From Candidatus Iainarchaeum sp. (GTDB lineage: Archaea; B1Sed10-29; WALL01), in the NCBI GenBank assembly GCA_021162685.1, contig JAGGYF010000037.1, positions 1 to 11,785 of the forward strand: a stretch of DNA of 11,785 nucleotides, written 5' to 3'. The translations under genes were made by a program, and so were the position numbers. The notes under the pieces were generated by a model, which was not told where the DNA came from, made no database searches, and saw only the letters and a program-made list of their open reading frames with translations. Below, piece by piece: positions 1 through 8,397 of the stretch (within the stretch, counting starts at the first letter, position 1; each line of letters begins with the position of its first letter).

Positions 1-2
1 GA

Positions 3-269
3 TTAGTAGTTATTACAGGGTGTGCTCACCCAGGAATTGTAAACATTGTGAAGAAAGCTAAAGAGTTGATGAAAAGGAATGAGGTATACTTGGTTTTAGG
101 TGGGTTCCACCATCCTCCTATATCTTGCGTTAAGGAATTCAAAGAATTGCAAGTTGAGAAGGTTGCGCCATCCCATTGCACAGGTGATTTTGTCAGAGAA
201 GCTTTCAGGAAAGAATATAATGAAAATTTTATTGAATATGGAGTAGGAAAGATAGTTGAAATTAAATAA
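3..269 (+). CDS. MBL-fold metallo-hydrolase (COG1237-like), 5'-truncated by window edge
   Basis: Frame is open from base 3 (LVVITGCAHPGIVNIVKKAKE...), upstream of the ORF-track GTG at 48. It contains the GCAHPG, LGGFH and HCTG motifs typical of the C-terminal half of this family. Stop TAA at 267-269. Confidence 0.85.
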   Translation, partial: LVVITGCAHPGIVNIVKKAKELMKRNEVYLVLGGFHHPPISCVKEFKELQVEKVAPSHCTGDFVREAFRKEYNENFIEYGVGKIVEIK

Positions 270-302
270 AACAGTTGACCTAAAACATGAGAGGTAACAA
301 AA

Positions 303-488
303 ATGGAAATCGCAGAAAATAAGCCATATTTATCTTATATCTTAATTGGGCTGTTGTATTTTATATCAAAAGCGACATTTTATGTTTTTGATTTTGTTTC
401 TGCAAGAATATTTGAGTGTATAGCAACCGCACAAATTGCTTTGGCTTTTCTGATGCTTAAAGATTTGAAAAAAATTAAGGATGGATGA
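303..488 (+). CDS. Small hypothetical membrane protein (61 aa), possibly a remnant
   Basis: GAGGT RBS-like motif just upstream of the ATG, two hydrophobic stretches, and a stop that overlaps the next start (ATGA, 485-488). Confidence 0.5.
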   Translation: MEIAENKPYLSYILIGLLYFISKATFYVFDFVSARIFECIATAQIALAFLMLKDLKKIKDG

Positions 489-1222
489 ATATGGAAGACC
501 TGTTGTTAATAGTATTCCTCATCTTTGCTGGACAAACCTTTGGTTCTCTAGTTGGGTTAATCAAAAAACCTGGAAAAATTGTACTATATGGTTCTCTGGC
601 ATTTGCTGCTTCGATGATGCTGGGCATATCTTTTTTTCAGTTGATACCTGAAAGTTTAAAAATCTCATCAGCTCTCTTAGTAACAACATCTTTTATCTTG
701 GGAATAGTAATAATGCGAATTGTTGACAAAACCCTCCCTCACATAAACCCTGAGTTAATGAAAAAGGAAAAGCCCTCTATTAAAAGAAGTGTTACTATGC
801 TTGTTATTGGGATAGCTCTACACAATATACCAGAAGGATTAGCAATTGGTGCCGGGTTTGCTCTATCGCCTGCATTGGGGATTATGGTAGCCCTGGGAAT
901 TGCAGCACAAGACGTGCCGGAAAATATCGCAACAATCGTTCCATTATATGGATTAACAAAAAAGAGAGTGAAATCTTTTAACATATTAGTGACAACAGTG
1001 CTGTTTGAATTGTTTGGCTTTATCTCTGGTTATTATATTTTAAAGGGAACTGCACTAAATCTATTAGGTGCATCACTTGCACTTGCAGCAGGTTTTATGA
1101 CCTACATCTCAGTAGAAGAGTTGATTCCAGCAGCACAAATAGAAAAGTATCCAAAAATGGGTACTATCAGCTTTATTTTAGGAATACTATGCGTTTTACT
1201 GATTAACCTTTTGGCAGGCTAA
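485..1222 (+). CDS. ZIP-family (ZupT/GufA-like) divalent metal transporter
   Basis: About 8 hydrophobic segments, TM4 motif LHNIPEGLAIG, TM5 variant AAQDVPEN, and FAASMML and ALAAGFMTYISVEELIP motifs. The start could be 485 or 491. Confidence 0.92.
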   Translation: MNMEDLLLIVFLIFAGQTFGSLVGLIKKPGKIVLYGSLAFAASMMLGISFFQLIPESLKISSALLVTTSFILGIVIMRIVDKTLPHINPELMKKEKPSIKRSVTMLVIGIALHNIPEGLAIGAGFALSPALGIMVALGIAAQDVPENIATIVPLYGLTKKRVKSFNILVTTVLFELFGFISGYYILKGTALNLLGASLALAAGFMTYISVEELIPAAQIEKYPKMGTISFILGILCVLLINLLAG

Positions 1223-1350
1223 AAATAACAAAGAGGTCTCTCCTTACCCTGCCTTCGGCTCTGTTACATAACAGCGGTTATCTGGGATTTTCCTGCGAAA
1301 TCCCAAAATTGCCCTCGGCAACCTCTTTTATCCGCAAGACGTTATGCTAA
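1223..1350. repeat. Nested imperfect inverted-repeat element, attC-like
   Basis: CATAAC (1267-1272) pairs with GTTATG (1341-1346) and GCGG (1274-1277) with CCGC (1332-1335). Internal hairpins are TGGGATTT/AAATCCCA (1283-1305) and TTGCC/GGCAA (1309-1321). There is also AAAGAGGT (1230-1237)/ACCTCTTT (1321-1328). Confidence 0.55.
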
Positions 1351-1374
1351 CAATAAGTTGACTTCACCGCTTTG

Positions 1375-1390
1375 CAGAAAGGTTTAAATT
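1375..1390 (+). promoter_or_regulatory. Putative BRE-TATA promoter for smc
   Basis: Purine-rich CAGAAAGG followed by TTTAAA (1383-1388), about 40 nt before the ATG. GGTG RBS at 1421-1424. Confidence 0.6.
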
Positions 1391-1429
1391 GAATAAATGT
1401 ATTAAATTTTTGCTGCTCTTGGTGCTGAT

Positions 1430-4400
1430 ATGGGGAAAATAGAAAAATTGAAGATGAGGGACTTCAAATCGTTTAGAAATAACGTTATCCCCTTTGTTGA
1501 AGGATTTACAACAGTAGTTGGACCAAATGGTTCTGGGAAATCAAACATACTTGACGCTATCATCTTTGTTTTGGGTACACAATCAATGAAAACACTGAGA
1601 GCAGGTAGACTCAAAGATCTTGTTCACCATGGTAGTAGAACAGGAACTGCTGAGGTCACTGTTGTTTTAAACGCTGATGGAGAAAAGTATGAGATAAAGC
1701 GACTAATTGATAAAAAAGGTATGAGCCAATTCAGAATTAATGGAAAGAAAACAACAAGAAATGCAGTTGTTGAATTGTTAACAAGTATGAACATACCACC
1801 AGAAGGACACAATTATATCATGCAGGGAGATGTAACAAGCCTTATAAACATGACACCAAGACAGAGAAGAGAGATTATAGATGATGTTGCAGGTATTGCT
1901 GAATACAATCAGAAAAAAGAACAGGCATTGAGAGAACTTGAAAGAGTTGAAGCCAAGATAAAAGAGGCTGAAATTATTTTATATGAAAGAAAGGGATTCC
2001 TTGGTGAACTGAAAAAGGAGAGAGATGAAGCTTTACGTTATAAGAAGTACGAGAAGAAAAGAGAAGCATTAAAACATGCAATCATATACAAAGAGTTAAA
2101 AGAAATTGAAGAAAAATTCAATAGGTATATTGAAGAAGTAAAGAAAGCAGAAAGAGAAGTTGAGGAACTGAGTGATAAGATAAATAGGACAAATGCAAGC
2201 ATTGAGAACTGGCAAAATCAGTTACGCACACTGAACAATGAGATTATGTCAAAAGGTGAGAAAGACCAATTGATGTTGCATAAGGAGATTGAGAGGATAA
2301 AAAGTAACATTGCAATATTAGATGAAAAAGTGAAAAGCAAGCAGGAGGAGTTAACAAGAGCAAAGAGAGATATTGAAAATGCAAGGAAGCAGATTGCACA
2401 GCTTGAAAAAGAACATATTGAGAAGAATGAGTCTCTGGTAACATTGGAAAATGAGAAGAAGGCGTATGAGGAGAGGATAAAGGAGAAACAAGAGGAATTG
2501 GACAGATATATGAGAGAATTAAAGGAGAAGAACTTGCTTGTTGGGGATGTCACACAAAGAATTGAGGAGATAAATGGGGAAATTGCAAAGCAGAAAGAGA
2601 TCCTATACTCTATACGAGCAGATGTTGAACAGTTGAGAGAGAGAATCAGCATAAAGAAGTTGAGCATTTCAGACGAGAAAGAGGAAAAACTGCATACAGA
2701 TAAGAAGGTTGAAGAATTGAAGGAGAGGTATGATGAATTAAATAAAGAGTTGGCAAAGAGCAGGAGAGAGGTATTAGGATTTGAGATGGAGATTGAGGAG
2801 TTATACAAAAAGGAGAAAGGGCTTAATATTGAACTTGAAAAAACCGATGAGGAACTTGAACATTCAAGGGAACAATATCACGCACTACAGTCAAAGGTTA
2901 TGACAATAAAACACATGAGTGGGAATACGGCAAGTGATGCTGTTATAAAAGCTGCAAATGCTGGTGAGCTTGACGGGGTGCTGGGGAAAATTGAGGACCT
3001 ATGCACATTTGATGAACAGTATTCCACTGCACTACAGACAGCTGCTGGAAGACGTATGTATTTTGTGGTAACAAGAGATGCTGAAAGCGCAACAAAAGCA
3101 ATAAAGTGGTTGAAGAAGAAGAGGTTAGGTGCTACAACATTTATACCATTGGATTGCATTAAACCAGTTGAGATACCAGACGAAGCAAAAGAGGCATTGA
3201 AAGACCCAGATGCCATTGATTTGGCAATTAATCTTGTCAAGTTTGACCCGAAATACAAGAATGCGTTTGACTATGTTTTTGGCGATACAATAATTGTTAG
3301 AGACATAGATACAGCAAAGCGCATTGGTTTTGGAACAGTAAGGATGGCAACGCTTGATGGTGACCTTGCTGAAAGGAGTGGAGCAGTAACAGGAGGATAT
3401 AAGCAGGCTACGATCACACTACAAGAGATAAGGACAATTGAAGACTTGAAAACAAGGATTGAAAAGCTTGACAAAAGAAAGAACAAGATTATAAATGAAT
3501 TGGAAGATATTAGAGCATCATTGAATAATATTCGGTCCAAAAAGGCAGAGATGGAGCTTAGAGTAAAGGAGTTGGAAGTAACCGTAAACGAGATAAAAGG
3601 CAGAATTGATGAGTTTAATGAGATAACCCAGAAGGCAGAATCAAAATATAGTAAGGTTATGGAGGAAATTGAAAAGCTGAAAAGCGAAATCATTGAAAAA
3701 GAGGAGCTTATGAGAGAAAAACAGGCAGAAGTGGAGGAACTTGAAAGAAAGAAGGAACTCATAAAAGAAAAGATGGATTCTCCTGAGATGAAAAAGGTCT
3801 CAGAAAGAATAAATGAAATGCAAAGCGCTCTCCAAATGCTCAATGACCAGAAGTCAGAGATTGTAATACAGATAAATTCCATAAGGTCAGAGATTGAAAA
3901 AGTGATTGGCACCAAAAAGGAGGCACTTGCGAAGAGGATCAAAGAAAGCGAGGAGGAGATTGAAAAACTCAAAGAGGAGATAAGGAGTATTGAAAAGGAA
4001 AAGGAGACGCTTGAAGAAACGTTAAAGGAGAAGATTTTGAAGGAGAAGGAGTTATCTAGTTCTATAAGAGGATTGATAGAGAAGAGGGAATCTTTGGAAA
4101 AAGAGATAAGAGAAATGGCAGAACAAAAGGGGCATCTACAAAGACAACTTGAGATGAAAAAGCAGAGATTAAATGAACTGAACATAGAGAAGGCGAAGAT
4201 TGAAACAAAATATGCTGATTTGAAACAAGAGTTTGATGAAAGTATTGAGGTTGAAGAATTTGACATGACTATTGAGGAGATGAAAAAGGCTGTTGAGGAC
4301 TTAACAATAAAGATGGCAAAACTTGAACCGATAAATCTGAAAGCTGTTGAGGTTTATGATAAGTATATGCAGGAGATTGAATCACTCAAAGAAAAAGGGA

Positions 4401-4987
4401 AAGTGCTTGAAGCAGAGAGACAGGCAGTATTAGAGATGATGGACCAGATAGAACAGAGAAGGCTTGAAGTGTTCATGGAAGCATATGAAGCAATAAGGAA
4501 ATACTTCAGCCAGACGTATAAGGAATTCTTCCCAGAAGCAATGGAGGAAACATATGCAGATATAAAACTTGAAAACCCTGAAAATCCGTTTGAGGGAGGA
4601 TTACTGATAGAAGCAAGGCCAGCAGGAAAACCAATAAAGAAGATAGACTCAATGAGTGGAGGAGAAAAGGCTCTAACAGCTATTGCGTTCTTGTTTGCAA
4701 TTCAGATGTACTCTCCTGCACCATTCTATGTTTTGGATGAAGCAGACGCACCACTTGACAAGGCGAATTCTGTTAGGTTGGCTGAGATGATAAGGAAGAA
4801 ATCAGCAGAATGTCAGTTTATTGTTATTACTCACAATGGACCTGTGATAAAGGCATCTGACCAGGTTATAGGAGTGTCTATGGATAAAGAAACTGGAAGC
4901 TCTGTGGTTGAAGTTGATTTAAAACGATTTGCAGCAATGCAGCAATTATCAAAAGAGCAGGGCGAAAACACCGTAATGACTAAATAA
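1430..4987 (+). CDS. smc: Chromosome segregation protein SMC
   Basis: 1185 aa with Walker A GPNGSGKS, Q-loop IMQG, long coiled coils, hinge G-X6-G-X3-GG (GDLAERSGAVTGG), signature MSGGEK, Walker B/D-loop VLDEADAPLD and H-loop ITH. Confidence 0.97.
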   Translation: MGKIEKLKMRDFKSFRNNVIPFVEGFTTVVGPNGSGKSNILDAIIFVLGTQSMKTLRAGRLKDLVHHGSRTGTAEVTVVLNADGEKYEIKRLIDKKGMSQFRINGKKTTRNAVVELLTSMNIPPEGHNYIMQGDVTSLINMTPRQRREIIDDVAGIAEYNQKKEQALRELERVEAKIKEAEIILYERKGFLGELKKERDEALRYKKYEKKREALKHAIIYKELKEIEEKFNRYIEEVKKAEREVEELSDKINRTNASIENWQNQLRTLNNEIMSKGEKDQLMLHKEIERIKSNIAILDEKVKSKQEELTRAKRDIENARKQIAQLEKEHIEKNESLVTLENEKKAYEERIKEKQEELDRYMRELKEKNLLVGDVTQRIEEINGEIAKQKEILYSIRADVEQLRERISIKKLSISDEKEEKLHTDKKVEELKERYDELNKELAKSRREVLGFEMEIEELYKKEKGLNIELEKTDEELEHSREQYHALQSKVMTIKHMSGNTASDAVIKAANAGELDGVLGKIEDLCTFDEQYSTALQTAAGRRMYFVVTRDAESATKAIKWLKKKRLGATTFIPLDCIKPVEIPDEAKEALKDPDAIDLAINLVKFDPKYKNAFDYVFGDTIIVRDIDTAKRIGFGTVRMATLDGDLAERSGAVTGGYKQATITLQEIRTIEDLKTRIEKLDKRKNKIINELEDIRASLNNIRSKKAEMELRVKELEVTVNEIKGRIDEFNEITQKAESKYSKVMEEIEKLKSEIIEKEELMREKQAEVEELERKKELIKEKMDSPEMKKVSERINEMQSALQMLNDQKSEIVIQINSIRSEIEKVIGTKKEALAKRIKESEEEIEKLKEEIRSIEKEKETLEETLKEKILKEKELSSSIRGLIEKRESLEKEIREMAEQKGHLQRQLEMKKQRLNELNIEKAKIETKYADLKQEFDESIEVEEFDMTIEEMKKAVEDLTIKMAKLEPINLKAVEVYDKYMQEIESLKEKGKVLEAERQAVLEMMDQIEQRRLEVFMEAYEAIRKYFSQTYKEFFPEAMEETYADIKLENPENPFEGGLLIEARPAGKPIKKIDSMSGGEKALTAIAFLFAIQMYSPAPFYVLDEADAPLDKANSVRLAEMIRKKSAECQFIVITHNGPVIKASDQVIGVSMDKETGSSVVEVDLKRFAAMQQLSKEQGENTVMTK

Positions 4988-5008
4988 AACATACGATTTT
5001 TATAGTGT

Positions 5009-6106
5009 ATGATATTGAGATGTCCAAAGTGTAATAATACGTATAAGCCAGAAAAGAATAGATACATATGTGATTGTGGTTCTGTTCTGATTGTTGAATA
5101 TAGTTCACTACAATGGAGGCCAAAAGGGGAGGGGGTGTGGAGATATAAGTTTGCGTTACCGTTCAGAGGAAGGCCGGTAACTATGGATGAAGGCAATACT
5201 GGGATGGTGCACAGCGAGAGTGTTGAAAACAAGTTAGGGTTGAGAGAAGTATATTTCAAACTTGAAGGAGATAATCCAACAGATTCATTTAAGGATAGGG
5301 GGACAACAGTTGTTATATCAAGGGCAAAGAAAGAGGGGTTCAAGACAGTAGGAGTTGCAAGTACTGGAAACATGGGTGCATCTGTTGCCGCATATGCAGC
5401 ACATGGTAACCTAAAAACAAAAGTTTTTGTTCCAGCAGATACACCAGAGGAAAAGATAGCACAGATAGTTGTGCATGGCGCAGAACTTGTTAGAGTAGAA
5501 GGGACATTCCAGGACTGTGTCAACGCACTGTGGGATGCTGTTCATGATGAGAGGGTGTATCTTGCAGAGACTGGACTAAATCCATATTACATAGAGGGAG
5601 AAAAAACACTTGGATTTGAGATATACGAGGATGTAGGCATACCAGATAAAATAATTGTTCCTATGGGAACTGGTGGCCTAATAACCGCAATATACAAGGC
5701 ATTTAAAGAATTAAAGCAGATGAAAAGAACTAGGAAATTGCCGCAGATGGTTGGTGTACAAGCTGCAAAATGTTCGCCCATTATTGATGCATGGAAGAGA
5801 GGGAGCGAAGAACCAAAAACTCCAAAAAAAGCTGAAACCATTGCTTCCGCAATTATGGTGAAAACCCCTTTTAATGGAAGGACTGCCATAAGAGCGATAA
5901 ATGAGTCAAATGGCACAGCTGTTGAGGTAACTGATAGGCAGATAGTAAGGGCTATGAAAGAGCTGGGGAAGGATGGCATATTTGCTGAGCCTGCTAGTGC
6001 AACAACATTAGCAGCACTAGAAAAGATAGAAGTAGAAGAAAAAGAGAAGGTTGTTTTAGTAATCACTGGACACGGACTAAAACAACCTGAAGCTGTTTTT
6101 GGTTGA
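5009..6106 (+). CDS. thrC: Threonine synthase-like PLP enzyme (fold type II) with N-terminal Zn-ribbon
   Basis: CPKC...CDCG N-terminus, NPTDSFKDRG with the PLP lysine, ASTGN, PMGTGG phosphate loop, EPASA and ITGHGLK motifs. Confidence 0.85.
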   Translation: MILRCPKCNNTYKPEKNRYICDCGSVLIVEYSSLQWRPKGEGVWRYKFALPFRGRPVTMDEGNTGMVHSESVENKLGLREVYFKLEGDNPTDSFKDRGTTVVISRAKKEGFKTVGVASTGNMGASVAAYAAHGNLKTKVFVPADTPEEKIAQIVVHGAELVRVEGTFQDCVNALWDAVHDERVYLAETGLNPYYIEGEKTLGFEIYEDVGIPDKIIVPMGTGGLITAIYKAFKELKQMKRTRKLPQMVGVQAAKCSPIIDAWKRGSEEPKTPKKAETIASAIMVKTPFNGRTAIRAINESNGTAVEVTDRQIVRAMKELGKDGIFAEPASATTLAALEKIEVEEKEKVVLVITGHGLKQPEAVFG

Positions 6107-7450
6107 TTACTTTAGCTTTGTCCTTTTTAGGAATTCGTTGATCACATCGTTTAGATTTGGATGGCCTTTCTCATCCAGTTCATATCTAACCCTGATTACT
6201 GGTTTATTCACTTTCAATATCTTTGTTAGGTCAATGGGTGTGCCTGAAAGAACTACATCACATTTTGCCTTGTTTATTGTCTGTTCCAATTCTTTTATCT
6301 GCTGTTTTGAGTAACCCATAGCAGGCAGTACTTTACCAAGCTGCGGGAACTCTTTGTATATCTTCTTTAGATTTGATGGCACATAGGGTCTTGGGTCAAC
6401 AATCTTACACTTATATCTCATTGCGGCAATTGTTCCTGCACCATATGCCATATTTCCATGGGTTAGGGTTGGACCATCTTCAACGATCAAAACCCTCTTC
6501 CCTCTCACTGCTTTTGGGTCTTCAACAATAATCTTTGAGTTCGCATGTATTATCTTTGCTTTTGGGTTTATTCTCTTGATGTTGTTCACTACTGTCTCTA
6601 TATCTCTCTTTTTCGCTGAGTCCTCCTTGTTTATTATCACATAATCTGCAAGGCGTGCATTTACCTCTCCTGGATACGAACCAATCTCATCGCCTGGTCT
6701 ATGAGGGTCTGCAACAACTAGCAACATATCTGGAACATAGAATGAAACTTCGTTGTTGCCTCCATCCCATACTATCACATCTGCTTCCTTCTCTGCCTTA
6801 CGTATTATTTTCTCATAATCTACGCCCGAGTAAACCACAAGTCCTCTCTCAATATATGGTTCATATTCCTCTCTTTCCTCAATAGTACATTTGTGTTTTT
6901 TTAGATCCTCATATGTAGCAAATCTCATGGCTATCTGTTTTTCAAGATTACCATATGGCATCGGTTCCCTTATGGCAACAACACGGTACCCTCTATCCTT
7001 AAGAAGTTTCACTATCTTTCTTGATGTCTGGCTCTTTCCACATCCTGTTCTGACTGCACATACTGCAATAACTGGTTTTCTTGATTTGAGCATTGTGTGT
7101 TCTGGTGAAACCAACATGAAGTCAGCACCAGATGCAAGTGCTCTTGATGCTTTGTGCATAACCTCTGCATATGGTATATCAGAATATGCAAGTACAACAA
7201 GGTCTACCCTTTTCTTTTTCACGTACTCCTCAAGTTTTGATTCTGGGATTGTGGGTATGCCCTTTGGATACAATCTGCCAGCAAGTTTGGGAGGATATCT
7301 CCTCAATGATGTATTTGTTGTCCCCAAGTTTTGCTCTTCTGCCATTGTAAACGCAACTACTTCGTATGCCTTGTTGTTTCTGAAAACTGTATTAAAGAGA
7401 TGGTAATCCATACCCGCTGCTCCAATAATAATTACTCTCTTTCGTTTCAT
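6107..7450 (-). CDS. COG2403 P-loop NTPase, arginine synthetase (ArcE)/cyclic 2,3-diphosphoglycerate synthetase-like, 447 aa
   Basis: AVRTGCGKS P-loop, PMPYG, CTIEEREEYEP, WDGGNN, VEDGPTLTHG and LPAMGY motifs. Start reassigned to the ATG at 7450 because GAGGTG (7463-7458) lies 7 nt upstream. Confidence 0.85.
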   Translation of the reverse strand: MKRKRVIIIGAAGMDYHLFNTVFRNNKAYEVVAFTMAEEQNLGTTNTSLRRYPPKLAGRLYPKGIPTIPESKLEEYVKKKRVDLVVLAYSDIPYAEVMHKASRALASGADFMLVSPEHTMLKSRKPVIAVCAVRTGCGKSQTSRKIVKLLKDRGYRVVAIREPMPYGNLEKQIAMRFATYEDLKKHKCTIEEREEYEPYIERGLVVYSGVDYEKIIRKAEKEADVIVWDGGNNEVSFYVPDMLLVVADPHRPGDEIGSYPGEVNARLADYVIINKEDSAKKRDIETVVNNIKRINPKAKIIHANSKIIVEDPKAVRGKRVLIVEDGPTLTHGNMAYGAGTIAAMRYKCKIVDPRPYVPSNLKKIYKEFPQLGKVLPAMGYSKQQIKELEQTINKAKCDVVLSGTPIDLTKILKVNKPVIRVRYELDEKGHPNLNDVINEFLKRTKLK

Positions 7451-7484
7451 AGAAAAACACCTCAAAGGAATTACACATAAAACG

Positions 7485-7498
7485 TATAAATAGGTTAC
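7485..7498 (-). promoter_or_regulatory. Putative TATA box for the COG2403 gene
   Basis: TATTTATA (7492-7485) on the minus strand, about 35 nt upstream of the ATG at 7450, directly after the smsB stop. Confidence 0.45.
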
Positions 7499-8397
7499 CT
7501 CAAGAATCCATTAACTATAAGTTCTATTGCTTCATCTTCAGAAAGCCCCCTACTCCTAAGATAATTTAGTTCCTCCTCAGATATCTTTCCGATTGATGCT
7601 TCGTGCGTCATGGTTACATCTTTGTTCTTATCAATAAGTTTCGGGATAAATGTAACCCTGCTTTCGTTATCCAAAAGCATACCTTGGCAATCCAGATGGC
7701 CTCTCCCTGCTGCGTTTCCAACAATCTGACTGTAAACCTTTGCTTCACTCCCATTACTCACTACAATTCTTGATTTAATGGTTCCACTTGCATTGTCACC
7801 ATTAAGATAGAGTGTATCTGTTGTCTTCACATCAGAACCACTTGCATTGATCACTATTTCCATGTCTGCTTTTGCTCCCTCATAACACAATACCGTTGTT
7901 TTAATATCCATGCGCGCCGGCGGAGAGAGTGATTTGTAATAATAGGAAAGTTTAGCATCTTTTTCCAAGACAAACCTGTAATTTGTTGTCAATTTATCAT
8001 CCTTCCCCCATCTATGTATGCTCTTAAATGTTGCAGATGCTCCTTCCTTCAAGATAATTGTTCCCTTTGCATCATGAGTTGCATTCAGGTTCTCAACAAG
8101 GGCATTGCATAAAGATAACATATCAACATGTATGCCTTTTTCTACTACAAGGAGATTTAGGACATGTTGTGATATATTTTTTGAGGATACACTAACACAG
8201 CTGGATAATGGGAATTTTGGTTGTTTCTTCACCCACATAAAATATCCTTCATTCCTACCCTTTTTAGCATATCTTTTGGCAAGAGGTATTTTCTTCATTG
8301 CCTCCTTCATAGGTAGCAAAGTTATTCCGTTCTGTGCGTATATCTCCTTTATCTTATGATTTATGTATTGATAACTTGCACTCTTTGCATTTTTCAT
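7495..8397 (-). CDS. sufB: SufB/SufD-family Fe-S scaffold protein (SmsB-like)
   Basis: GHLDCQG, THEASIGKI and YLRSRGLSEDEA motifs. GGAGG RBS 7 nt upstream of the ATG at 8397. Adjacent to the SufC-like ATPase. Confidence 0.9.
   Translation of the reverse strand: MKNAKSASYQYINHKIKEIYAQNGITLLPMKEAMKKIPLAKRYAKKGRNEGYFMWVKKQPKFPLSSCVSVSSKNISQHVLNLLVVEKGIHVDMLSLCNALVENLNATHDAKGTIILKEGASATFKSIHRWGKDDKLTTNYRFVLEKDAKLSYYYKSLSPPARMDIKTTVLCYEGAKADMEIVINASGSDVKTTDTLYLNGDNASGTIKSRIVVSNGSEAKVYSQIVGNAAGRGHLDCQGMLLDNESRVTFIPKLIDKNKDVTMTHEASIGKISEEELNYLRSRGLSEDEAIELIVNGFLR

Noticed and set aside
1-1222. Compositional (GC) anomaly as proof of horizontal transfer
   Set aside because: Spot inspection shows mixed GC that is not clearly different from smc. 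It would need a computed codon or k-mer comparison.
1230-1328. Cloverleaf-like fold as a tRNA
   Set aside because: No T-loop (GTTCRA) or D-loop consensus, and the arm sizes do not fit a tRNA.
1402-6066. Long minus-strand ORFs inside smc and thrC (e.g. 2218-2808, 3271-4266, 4831-5523, 5587-6066)
   Set aside because: Ser/Phe/Leu-rich antisense shadows of Glu/Lys-rich coding sequence, with no recognisable motifs.
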